This document shows, piece by piece, positions 18,001 to 25,801 of a DNA stretch of 28,704 nucleotides; positions within the stretch are counted from its first letter, which is position 1; every line of letters begins with the position of its first letter. The position numbers were made by a program, and so were the translations under genes. Below the pieces are notes generated by a model, which was not told where the DNA came from, ran no database searches, and saw nothing but the letters and a program-made list of their open reading frames with translations. The stretch covers positions 1 to 28,704 of IMG/VR virus record IMGVR_UViG_3300020042_000782; one strand, given 5' to 3'. The DNA comes from a virus. Taxonomy: Duplodnaviria; Caudoviricetes.

Positions 18001-20084
18001 AAGTAGTTCGTCTTAAAGTACCATTCAATAAAATCTTTACTAGCACTGGCGACAAGATTGTTGATGCTGATGCTCGTAAGATTATGGCTCCATTGGTTAT
18101 TGAACAGTTTGATAATCTTAAGAAGACTAGCTTCTATGCAGAAGGCAGCCAAGACTTACAGAAGATTGCTCTTCAGAATTTAATTGGATGGGCGCAGAAG
18201 ACAGCCAAAGAAATTGCTACTAACAAGACTGAAGCAGCAGCCTATGCTGAAGGTAAGCAGCCTCGTTTGTACGAAGTACAATATTCTAAGCTAGCTCCTG
18301 AGCTTAAACGTCTTGTTAATGAAACCTATACACAACAGCAGGGTAAAGACTTAGCTACAACTAAAGACTATGCCACTGCGCTGGCTTATGCAGAAGCTAT
18401 GAGAGCTTTGCCGGGCTATGCCTATGGTGGTGTAGTTAATATGAATGTTGGTGGTATAGCTGCTAAAGAAATAGTAAGTGAAACAGCTAAGGCTGGTATT
18501 AAAAAAGGAGCAATGTCTCTTGGTGAGATTGTTGCTAAGCATTCTGTTGCCCCTGTTGTAGAACAAACATCACAAGCACTGGCTACACCAGTAGTTAAAG
18601 AAGCTGTTACTAAGGCTCCCATTGTTAAGAGCAAGGCTAGTCCTGCTACGCCTCCAGTAGAAGAGACTGCTCCAATTACTAAGCAAATGGAAGAAGCTGT
18701 CCCTGAAGCAGTGCCAGCAAAGATTGAAGAACCTCTTCCAGAGATTAAAACAGAACTGCCTGTAGAAAACCCTTCTATTTATACTACTCCTATTGCCACT
18801 ACCAATTTAAATAAACCTGCTTTTGGTTCAGATGAAGCTGTTAGAAAAAGTACATTGTCTAGTATTAAAATACTTAGACAAGAATCATTTGATGCTGTCA
18901 AAGATGCTCCTGAATTTGCTGGCATTGAGAAAGATGCTATTGCCGTAGCCCAAGGTGAGTATAGGGTTAAGGTGGGAAGAGAGTTTAATGCAGACAATCC
19001 TACAGATGTTGCAGAGTTTGCTAAGTTTGCTGAGGGTTACCAAAAGAAACTAGAAGACTTAAGAGAGCAGTATAAAGATATGCCTCCAAAGATCTTGATT
19101 CATGGTACAGAGACAGAGCGAACACCCGCTAAAGTTAAGCGTGGTTTCTTTGATCCTCAAACAATTGAGAGTAGGAAACACATGGAGCTAGATGTTGGTG
19201 CTACATCATTCACTAGCGATCTAAGATTGAATTATCGTAATGAACCATTTGGTGGTCCAGTTGTTAAGAATATTTCTTACACTGAAATACCATATGCTGA
19301 CTATATCTTTAGAAAAGTAGACATGCCTCTGGAAGCTTATACAAAGAAGGACATGAATACCATTGCTAGGGTTATCACTGGTGATCCAACAGTGGCTAGA
19401 CCTTTGGCACTTCCCCGTAACTTAGGTTATAAAGAAACTGAAGATGCTTTTGTTGAGAGTGAGAAGCTTAAGATTCAAACTGATTTCAATAAGATTGAGA
19501 AGCAATACAAACTAATTGAACAACAAGAAACTAATAGAAATAGACTGACTAATAAATTATTAGATGTTGTTAATAGGACAGATAAAGATGGTCTTACTTT
19601 AATTGATAATATTAAAGCATCTACTGAGAAACCTAAAGAGGTTTATGAAACATACACCACCATCAAGGGATTGTTTAAGAATGAGTTTAGACATACAGGT
19701 GGAGCAGCAGCAACAAAGGCAGGTATGTTACCTGTGCCAGATAGTAATCAAACATTTATTAGTTCACTAAGTAAACTAGCTAAGACAACTACTGTAGATA
19801 CTATTGATGCAGTCTCTCTTTCTTTGGAAAGGTCTGGATCTAAAGATAAAGCACTAGCTTTAAAAGAGCTTAGTAAGAATCTAAAAACAATTCAGACAAT
19901 ACCAATGTATGTGCCAAGGGGTTCAACACCAAAAGATATAGCTGACATAATTGCTACACAAACTAAAGCTGCTAATAATATTAGAGACTTGATTAGTAAT
20001 GATTTTAAGATTGTTGATCCTAACAATCCTAATAACACAAGAAGAATTGGCTTAGCTAAGGGTGGCTTAGCTAGCCGTAGGTAA
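15042..20084 (+). CDS. Large putative internal virion (ejection) protein with variable C-terminal module
   Basis: 1680 aa, last gene of the structural arm, helical with Gly/Ala hydrophobic stretches, FIPFPRF motif; C-terminal module after a Pro/Glu linker. Confidence 0.65.
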   Translation: MAIKFLDDEAQPSSSTIKFTDEPSKPSIVFTDTAQPSAAAPKPPEDLTKPAFLAPRQRATVLQERAANIRKEEEQKIPFDALWKDDKNFKTIQDYASARFGKEGVLLAGETKEQFVNRFATHMRMLDTGNEFNSVGELQYLNNAKQEDILKAGAAYDLFKNTAGVFDPQNRGQKGFRPVMDVISSIVSSPSTALTLGTGKIVSSGLTKLAAEKGTKAAITSAKGIGMAAATPAVGGVTTAAQDVNAQKIELNVAQAELTEAKKIEPTTLDATGQALLKTYVEDREKKLEEGVSGKRVALAGAIGAVTETAEVLPFLRGATKGKTSQLDDILKTRNKPAVGEPTTPAPKIEVTSKDPTEKALEDSYDIFEGRKLLDAQGKPTSVAQMEVRTDLNKRATLIAQDIWKQMPEFAPKATEKVSDAIKRTLESVDTFDDVVFERALASADVTPDEFAKMFRTSAGDAARSLQSLSVVARLQNKLKNIDPAAAAELNKMYGDRGAITSAFTGVKDFGMRLDRELKGLMVSQLSTTIRNAFSGVSVITFGTAAELIESSLYRIGKTAGELATGTPVTGSFTGGIKGVYDDAVRSAFYLGQRDLSSEVTESLLSGTPALYRKMIKTTGEAGPNDLSYPVRLANTFNVAQDAFFRKAMFTSSVEKQLSRVGINMYDVIAQGKQVPFDVLQNAVNEALTGTFSKMPTKGPMLHAVKFIEELGPIGSTFIPFPRFMANAMEWTYKHMPTGVLSGSTDIAAGLTKMARGDGDMGTKQVTMGLENLSKGAVGTSALYAAYKYRQENQDTEWYNIKNPDGSTVDARVLFPAAPFLALGDYLVKFKKGRTDEFKSKEFIEAMTGFKAPAGTYSWLGDKFAEAQANAATGEDTADNKVKTFFGEWVGEYLGRALVPLQQVSDIVGAIDRNETLPRDAYQIPAGEEGFTSSATSQLMKRTPILKQELPVYQPPLRETAAFNDNGPLKMFSGIAVKGTPSVLEEEVVRLKVPFNKIFTSTGDKIVDADARKIMAPLVIEQFDNLKKTSFYAEGSQDLQKIALQNLIGWAQKTAKEIATNKTEAAAYAEGKQPRLYEVQYSKLAPELKRLVNETYTQQQGKDLATTKDYATALAYAEAMRALPGYAYGGVVNMNVGGIAAKEIVSETAKAGIKKGAMSLGEIVAKHSVAPVVEQTSQALATPVVKEAVTKAPIVKSKASPATPPVEETAPITKQMEEAVPEAVPAKIEEPLPEIKTELPVENPSIYTTPIATTNLNKPAFGSDEAVRKSTLSSIKILRQESFDAVKDAPEFAGIEKDAIAVAQGEYRVKVGREFNADNPTDVAEFAKFAEGYQKKLEDLREQYKDMPPKILIHGTETERTPAKVKRGFFDPQTIESRKHMELDVGATSFTSDLRLNYRNEPFGGPVVKNISYTEIPYADYIFRKVDMPLEAYTKKDMNTIARVITGDPTVARPLALPRNLGYKETEDAFVESEKLKIQTDFNKIEKQYKLIEQQETNRNRLTNKLLDVVNRTDKDGLTLIDNIKASTEKPKEVYETYTTIKGLFKNEFRHTGGAAATKAGMLPVPDSNQTFISSLSKLAKTTTVDTIDAVSLSLERSGSKDKALALKELSKNLKTIQTIPMYVPRGSTPKDIADIIATQTKAANNIRDLISNDFKIVDPNNPNNTRRIGLAKGGLASRR

Positions 20085-20510
20085 TACAACATAAGATAGT
20101 CTATCAAGAGGAACCTTGTAAAAGAGTTCTCCTTGGTAGACATATTTATTTCTAGACTCTTTAACTTCTGAAGCTAATACAGTGGCAGCTTCACAATGGA
20201 ACAAGGCTGTTCCATCCTTATTAACAGAAAAGAAGTATGTTAACATGTCCTGTGTTAGAAGCTTCTTTTTCCTGTTAGGTACATTCAAATCTTCATAGGG
20301 AAACTCTACAGTTTTCCATGACAGTCTGACTTCTACCTCAACATATCCCACCAACAAGTCATCCTTATATAGATGCAGATCAATCCCATACCTGTCAGGA
20401 TTATCTCTAGCTTCCATACCCCAAAAAGAAGAGACATAGCTCTTAACTATATCTCTTCCAAACTTATCGTAGGTGTCGTGTAGTTCTTTATCAAACCGCT
20501 TGGTAGCCAT
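20067..20510 (-). CDS. PD-(D/E)xK-like nuclease-fold hypothetical protein
   Basis: Start MATKRFD at 20510; NPDRYGIDL..GYVEVEVR pattern (D..ExE variant). Confidence 0.5.
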   Translation of the reverse strand: MATKRFDKELHDTYDKFGRDIVKSYVSSFWGMEARDNPDRYGIDLHLYKDDLLVGYVEVEVRLSWKTVEFPYEDLNVPNRKKKLLTQDMLTYFFSVNKDGTALFHCEAATVLASEVKESRNKYVYQGELFYKVPLDRLSYVVLPTAS

Positions 20511-20679
20511 TGAGTCTTTCAATGTTATCAAAGTAGCCACGATCAAATCCTCGTTGCCACTCTTTACCTGCCACAGATGATGGGTCATATTGATTGACCA
20601 ACCATCCATGCCTGAAAGCTTTATAGCCCTGTTCAAATTGAATACGCAATGGTGCAGATCGTTCAGACTTGATTTGCAT
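20491..20679 (-). CDS. Small Rmf/CrpP-fold-like protein
   Basis: AGGGG RBS, start MQIKS; FEQGYKAFRHG..NQY..EWQRGF resembles the RMF GYxA..G..Y..WxxGW pattern. Confidence 0.5.
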   Translation of the reverse strand: MQIKSERSAPLRIQFEQGYKAFRHGWLVNQYDPSSVAGKEWQRGFDRGYFDNIERLNGYQAV

Positions 20680-20680
20680 G

Positions 20681-20887
20681 TTATTCCCCTGTAGGTTTGT
20701 TACCTTTAATAAGCTCACCAATCTCATCAAATTCACCTATGTAAATGCTGATGAATGGTAGCTTGATTAGTATACCACTATATGAAAACAATTTATCATG
20801 TGGTCCACCATCATCAATGATGTGACAAATAGTTTCATTGAACTCAATGTCAAGACCTATGCCCTGCCTAAGCTCTACAATAATCAT
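20681..20887 (-). CDS. Hypothetical protein
   Basis: 68-aa ORF, ATGA-coupled to nrdB. Confidence 0.65.
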   Translation of the reverse strand: MIIVELRQGIGLDIEFNETICHIIDDGGPHDKLFSYSGILIKLPFISIYIGEFDEIGELIKGNKPTGE

Positions 20888-21843
20888 GCGGCTTTACCCC
20901 ATACATCATCCCAAGTACCAGTGGTAGCACCCTTGCTGTAGTCTGTTACACGTTGCTCAAAGAAGTTGGTGTGGCTAACACCTAGCATACCATCCACCCA
21001 AGGCAAAGGGTTCTTCTTGATCTTGTAGATGCCCTTCATTCCCATAGAGATGAGTCTGCGATCTGCAATGTAGCGGATGTATTGCTTCACTTCTTCTTTC
21101 GTAAGCTTCTCGACCTCGACCATCGAAAAAGCCAGATCCACAAACTGATCCTCCAGACCCACCATTTGATCTGCAATTTCCTTGATGCGGTCCGAAGTCG
21201 TTTCATCCTGATGGTGCTTAACATACTCACGATAAACCTTAATCATACCTTCAGCATGCTGTGTCTCATCCACTATGGACCAAGCAATGATCTGACCTAG
21301 TCCTTTGAGTTTACCATTCCTTGCAAAGTTTAACAACATTACAAAGCTAGAGAAGAGCTGCATGCCCTCACCAAAGGCAGAGATGGCTGCAATCTTCTCA
21401 GCCATTGGTGCTGCACTCAGATTGTTAATGTAGTCATGCTTCTCCACCATCTCTTTGTACTGGAGGAATTCATTGTAGGTAGACTCAGGCAAGCCCAAGG
21501 TTTCAATGAGGTGAGCATAGGCTGCTACATGCAGGGCTTCCCTACCTGCAAAGCCACTCATCATCATCCGCACCTCCGGCTGCTTGAACACTGGAATGTA
21601 GTGGTCATGATAACCACTGCCAATGTCTAAGTCACCTTGCACAAAGAAGCGCAAGATCTTTGTTAGAAACTCCTGCTCATTGTTGCTTAGTTTCTTGTAG
21701 TCTTTAACATCCTCAGACATAGGCACTTCAGTGTGAAGCCAATGGCTCTGCTCATGCTGCAACCAAGCATCATATGCCCAAGGATATTTAAAGGGTTTGA
21801 ATGTTGTACGCTCTTGCGTAATATCTAATTTAGTTTTTACCAT
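20884..21843 (-). CDS. nrdB: Ribonucleotide reductase class I beta subunit
   Basis: FKPFKYPWA, HWLHTEV, ligands QGD, EALH..Y, GEG, DETQH; NFFEQRVTDY; ATG at 21843. Confidence 0.96.
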   Translation of the reverse strand: MVKTKLDITQERTTFKPFKYPWAYDAWLQHEQSHWLHTEVPMSEDVKDYKKLSNNEQEFLTKILRFFVQGDLDIGSGYHDHYIPVFKQPEVRMMMSGFAGREALHVAAYAHLIETLGLPESTYNEFLQYKEMVEKHDYINNLSAAPMAEKIAAISAFGEGMQLFSSFVMLLNFARNGKLKGLGQIIAWSIVDETQHAEGMIKVYREYVKHHQDETTSDRIKEIADQMVGLEDQFVDLAFSMVEVEKLTKEEVKQYIRYIADRRLISMGMKGIYKIKKNPLPWVDGMLGVSHTNFFEQRVTDYSKGATTGTWDDVWGKAA

Positions 21844-21844
21844 A

Positions 21845-23626
21845 TCAACCTTCACATGCTAAACAAGTTTCACCTTCTGCCACCTGCTTCAAATCAATGT
21901 CGTCTTCAATACGCTGACGCTTGATCTGAGCACCCACCTTATCTGCTTTACGCACCTTCTCTGAACGAAGATAGTATAAGCTTTTCAGTCCACTCTTCCA
22001 AGCAAGGAAGTGGATGGCATGTAGATATTTAATGGATACATTGGCATGGAAGAACAGGTTAATGCTCTGGCCTTGGTCAATGTATTTCTGTCTGTCTGCT
22101 GCAAGCTCAACCAACCACCGCTGATCAATCTCCATAGCAGTCTTAAACACTTCTTTCAATTGCTCAGAGATGTCTAGGTGCTGTACAGATCCTTCGTTGC
22201 TGATGATGGATGCCCATGTGTCATCATCGTCCATACCCAGTGCAGCAAGTTGTGCCTTCAGGAACCTGTTCTTGTAAACGAATGACCCACTGAGCGTGTC
22301 TTGGCGAAATACATTCGCTCTGTACGGCTCGACTGAAGGGCTAGTATTACCCATGATAAGGCTGCTACTAGCGTTAGGGGCAATAGCAGTATGATGACTA
22401 AACCTTCTATTAATATTGCCGTGACCAGCATCGATACAACTACCACGCTGCTGCTCCAAGACAGAGTCAGCAAGTAGACACGAAGAATGAATGTGCTTAA
22501 AGATTTCATTGTTATAACTCTTAGCCATCACACCATCGATGGCTACACCTTTCTTTTGTAAGAATGCATGGAAGCCTAAAGTACCAACTCCAATGCTACG
22601 CTCCATCATTGCGCTGTACTTAGCCCTAGCAATTGTTGATGGTGCTTTGTCGATGAAGTATTGCAAGACATTGTCTAGCATTTCCATAACATCCAAAATG
22701 AATTGCTTGTCATTCTTCCAGTCATCGTAGTATTCTAGGTTGAGGGAAGACAAGCAGCACACTGCTGTACGTTTCTCGTTAGTAGGTAAGAAGATTTCTG
22801 TACACAGATTGCTACCATTAATCTTCAAGCCTTTGTCACTCAACCACTTAGGCATAGCCTTGTTAGCTGTGTCAATGAACACCAAGTATGGCTCACCTGT
22901 CTGCATACGCAGGTCCAATATCTTCTGCCACAGATACTTAGCAGACACAGTCTCTACCACCTCACCATTGGCAGGGTTCTTAAGTTGAAAGCTGTCGTCA
23001 AAGTCAGGATCTTTCATGGCTTTCTCAATGATGGTCATGAATTCATCAGTGATGTTGATGCCGTGATGCAGGTTTAATGTGCGTACATTCTGATCACCTG
23101 TTGGCTTACGCATCTCCAAGAACTGGATGATGTCAGGGTGGTGAATGTCTAGGTAGGCAGCATAGCTACCCCGTCTTGTACGGCCTTGGCGGTAGGCCAA
23201 GGAACTGGCATCATAGATTTTGAGGTGGGGCATAACACCAGTAGACTTATCGTCACCATTGCGGATACCAACATGAACCCCAACACCACCACCATACATG
23301 GATAGCCAGTTAGTTTCTGATAGGTTATCGACCAAGCCTTCTGCACTATCATCCATGTAATTAAGGAAACAGCTAATAGGGAGGCCACGCTTAGAGCGAC
23401 CAAAAGATAGGATAGGTGTAGAGTAGCTAAGCCAATGCTTGCTGCTGTAGTCGTATAGTCTTTGAGCGTGTTCTTGATTGGACGCAAACGATTCCGAAAC
23501 ATATGCAAATCTTTCTTGAGGACTAGCCTCTTCATCTTTCATATAACTTTCTCTCAATCTCTGGATACCAAGTTCATCAAACAAACTATCCCGAGACAGG
23601 TCAATGCTGACCTTAAACTTTGCCAT
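21845..23626 (-). CDS. nrdA: Ribonucleotide reductase class I alpha subunit (short, no ATP cone)
   Basis: PISCF, SNLCTEI, VCCLSSLNL, APNASSS, KSLYYLR, C-terminal CLACEG; AGGAG RBS. Confidence 0.96.
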   Translation of the reverse strand: MAKFKVSIDLSRDSLFDELGIQRLRESYMKDEEASPQERFAYVSESFASNQEHAQRLYDYSSKHWLSYSTPILSFGRSKRGLPISCFLNYMDDSAEGLVDNLSETNWLSMYGGGVGVHVGIRNGDDKSTGVMPHLKIYDASSLAYRQGRTRRGSYAAYLDIHHPDIIQFLEMRKPTGDQNVRTLNLHHGINITDEFMTIIEKAMKDPDFDDSFQLKNPANGEVVETVSAKYLWQKILDLRMQTGEPYLVFIDTANKAMPKWLSDKGLKINGSNLCTEIFLPTNEKRTAVCCLSSLNLEYYDDWKNDKQFILDVMEMLDNVLQYFIDKAPSTIARAKYSAMMERSIGVGTLGFHAFLQKKGVAIDGVMAKSYNNEIFKHIHSSCLLADSVLEQQRGSCIDAGHGNINRRFSHHTAIAPNASSSLIMGNTSPSVEPYRANVFRQDTLSGSFVYKNRFLKAQLAALGMDDDDTWASIISNEGSVQHLDISEQLKEVFKTAMEIDQRWLVELAADRQKYIDQGQSINLFFHANVSIKYLHAIHFLAWKSGLKSLYYLRSEKVRKADKVGAQIKRQRIEDDIDLKQVAEGETCLACEG

Positions 23627-23648
23627 ATAAATACTCCTGAAATGGTGG

Positions 23649-23671
23649 AAAAAATGGGAGCCGAAGCTCCC
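23649..23671 (-). terminator. Rho-independent terminator-like hairpin between thyX and nrdA
   Basis: Minus strand GGGAGC-TTCG-GCTCCC-A-TTTTTT (cUUCGg tetraloop, perfect 6-bp stem, U6). Confidence 0.7.
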
Positions 23672-23715
23672 GAAAGGAAAGGTAGTTATACCTCAGATGA
23701 CTACTGCTTGCTCTA

Positions 23716-24327
23716 TTAAAACAAGGATGGAAATAAGTTTGTTAGCACTACCTTACATTGGTCTGCTATATCACGATGTTCTTTCTGTGTTGCTTTATCA
23801 CAACGAATGTCAACATAGTGTATCCAACTTCTCAGTGTACCATTCATGTACATTCTACTAGTGGTTAGTCCTTCAGGCAACACCTTTCGTGCTACCTCCT
23901 TAGCTATGCCAAGGCTCAATGCAGCCTCGTAGGACCGCCTAGAAGCCACCAAAACATCTGTCTGTAGCTCATCCCACACCGCCATCAATTCACGGTCTTG
24001 TACAGGGATTGAGTTCTGCCTGTTCTTATTATCCTGCAGCCTTACCTCACTGGTTTCATAGCGTGAGGAAATGGCATAGCGTTGTGAGAATTCTTGGAAG
24101 CTAAAGCTTCTGTGTCGCAGGATTTGACGGGCAATGTCACGGGTGGTTTCAATTTCCATGCAAACATTCACCATCTCAAATGGACTCCAGTGTTTGTTGT
24201 CCATCAAATACTTCAGCAGCTTAGGTGCTGTCTCAGGACTGTCCTGATTCTCAGGGTTGCTTACCCTCGCCATGTACGCTATCAGGTGTTCCGCATTCGG
24301 GGTTGCCCAGATCAGTGTTACCGACAT
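23716..24327 (-). CDS. thyX: Flavin-dependent thymidylate synthase
   Basis: HWSPFE, RQILRHRSFSFQEFSQRY, AKEVARKVLP, TQKEHR; AAGGA RBS before ATG 24327. Confidence 0.96.
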   Translation of the reverse strand: MSVTLIWATPNAEHLIAYMARVSNPENQDSPETAPKLLKYLMDNKHWSPFEMVNVCMEIETTRDIARQILRHRSFSFQEFSQRYAISSRYETSEVRLQDNKNRQNSIPVQDRELMAVWDELQTDVLVASRRSYEAALSLGIAKEVARKVLPEGLTTSRMYMNGTLRSWIHYVDIRCDKATQKEHRDIADQCKVVLTNLFPSLF

Positions 24328-24466
24328 ATTGCTTTCCTTCTTTAATACCATTCTTAATAGCTGTCATTATACCCAAGCTCAGTAAGATGTCACGCTCTTC
24401 ATTTGTTAAATCAAATGTGAAGGTGGCGCTCCCATCCTCATGCTCTTGTATCATTTCTACATTCAT
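24251..24466 (-). CDS. Hypothetical protein
   Basis: EHEDGSATFTFDL; ATGA-coupled to the HNH gene; 3' end overlaps thyX by 77 nt. Confidence 0.55.
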   Translation of the reverse strand: MNVEMIQEHEDGSATFTFDLTNEERDILLSLGIMTAIKNGIKEGKQYVGNTDLGNPECGTPDSVHGEGKQP

Positions 24467-24843
24467 TTCTTTTTCCTTTCTGCTTTCTCTAGTTCTGTCT
24501 TCACTTTGTGACAGGGCTTACACATCACCTGTAGGTTTTCTATCTCACAGAAGATACGATCAATGAACAAGTCCCAACTAACAAAGCCTTCTGTTGGTGA
24601 TACTACAGGGAGTATATGATCTACCTGTACATCAGCAGCAACAAAGTGCTTCTTACATTTGGCACATTTGTAATGCATTGCCAACTTGCCTGTCTTCTTG
24701 TTAGTCTTCCTACCAACGAAGGCTTCTTTAAGAGCCTTGTACTTAGGAGGCCAACGCCTAGACGCAGCACGAAGAGCAGAGGTGACAAAGCTTCTGAACC
24801 TAGAGTCAGTCCACTCGCCACCATTTCTTTTCTTATCTACCAA
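24463..24843 (-). CDS. HNH endonuclease-family protein
   Basis: CAKC..VQVDHILPV..NLQVMCKPCHKVKT; N-terminal NGGEWT..F.SFV.SALR. Confidence 0.85.
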   Translation of the reverse strand: MVDKKRNGGEWTDSRFRSFVTSALRAASRRWPPKYKALKEAFVGRKTNKKTGKLAMHYKCAKCKKHFVAADVQVDHILPVVSPTEGFVSWDLFIDRIFCEIENLQVMCKPCHKVKTELEKAERKKK

Positions 24844-25033
24844 TTGGTGTATCTACTATATGCGACATGTCAGCAGCATCGTAATGCACAAATAAATCTC
24901 TAGCAATTAGTAAAGCTTCGTCAACATCTAAAGCAACAAACTCAGTTTGATACTTATCGAACTCTCCCTCAGCTACATGCTCAACAACAAAGCCATTACT
25001 GGCTTCTCTAATGGTTACTGAATTAACATTCAT
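24833..25033 (-). CDS. Hypothetical protein
   Basis: 66 aa, IREASNGFVV; AAGGA RBS; tiles between neighbours. Confidence 0.6.
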   Translation of the reverse strand: MNVNSVTIREASNGFVVEHVAEGEFDKYQTEFVALDVDEALLIARDLFVHYDAADMSHIVDTPIGR

Positions 25034-25206
25034 TCTAGTCCTTCAATATCAACGAAACGAAAGATAATATCTTTAGCATCCATTCGTTCCAACGAAGCAG
25101 TTAAGTTTTCAGTGATGGCTTCACTCAGCACTTCCTCATTTAGGTAAACATTTGGTAGGTCTTCAGGTTTGAATAAAACTTTTAAGTTGATATCGACAGC
25201 TATCAT
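25030..25206 (-). CDS. 58-aa acidic hypothetical protein (not in ORF track)
   Basis: MIAVDINLKVLFKPEDLPNVYLNEEVLSEAITENLTASLERMDAKDIIFRFVDIEGLE; ATGA overlaps at both ends. Confidence 0.7.
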   Translation of the reverse strand: MIAVDINLKVLFKPEDLPNVYLNEEVLSEAITENLTASLERMDAKDIIFRFVDIEGLE

Positions 25207-25466
25207 AATTGTTCCAATCGTTCTTCTACCAACCTAGCATATCCAATGATGTCATGCCATGAGTCATGATACCAAGGATCACCATTCACAATGCGAGAGA
25301 TTTTGTTACAGATGAGATCAAGGCTTTCCTTCATATCATCATCCATCTCTTTCCACTCAGCACCAGACCTGATAGTTTCTTTCAGGGCTTGTGAAACCCT
25401 AGACACATCTTCTTTGTAGTTGCCATACCTAACACCTCGTTGTATCAATGTGTCATCTACATTCAT
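25203..25466 (-). CDS. DUF6378-like phage protein
   Basis: TLIQRGVRYG..KISRIVNGDP.YHDSWHDIIGYARL; GGAGG RBS. Confidence 0.75.
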   Translation of the reverse strand: MNVDDTLIQRGVRYGNYKEDVSRVSQALKETIRSGAEWKEMDDDMKESLDLICNKISRIVNGDPWYHDSWHDIIGYARLVEERLEQL

Positions 25467-25801
25467 TGGATGCCTCCAATTGTTTTGGTGTCAATGGTAA
25501 AACTATTATCGCCAAAGCTGTCATGATCTGCGTTGTAAAAGAAGTCACCAACATCACCAAACATCTTGCCACAATACTCAACAAGCTTGTTAGCAAGTGC
25601 TTCATCTTCTTCCATGTGTGGTATCACTGATGCCAATATCGTAGCCATACCAATTAAATTATTTACATCATCTTCACTGATAGTGAGTGGTCCAAAGCCA
25701 CTGACTAACACTTGAAAGTTGTTTGTATACTTCCCATCCACAATAGTAGGACGAAGGATTAGTGCAATGTCATTTGGTTTTAAGTTTGTGGAGGAGTCCA
25801 T
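25463..25801 (-). CDS. Hypothetical protein
   Basis: 112 aa, AAGGA RBS, downstream of the exonuclease. Confidence 0.65.
   Translation of the reverse strand: MDSSTNLKPNDIALILRPTIVDGKYTNNFQVLVSGFGPLTISEDDVNNLIGMATILASVIPHMEEDEALANKLVEYCGKMFGDVGDFFYNADHDSFGDNSFTIDTKTIGGIQ

Noticed and set aside
24463-24843. HNH gene as a mobile homing element
   Set aside because: Tightly coupled to neighbours and does not interrupt a gene; nothing in the sequence shows mobility
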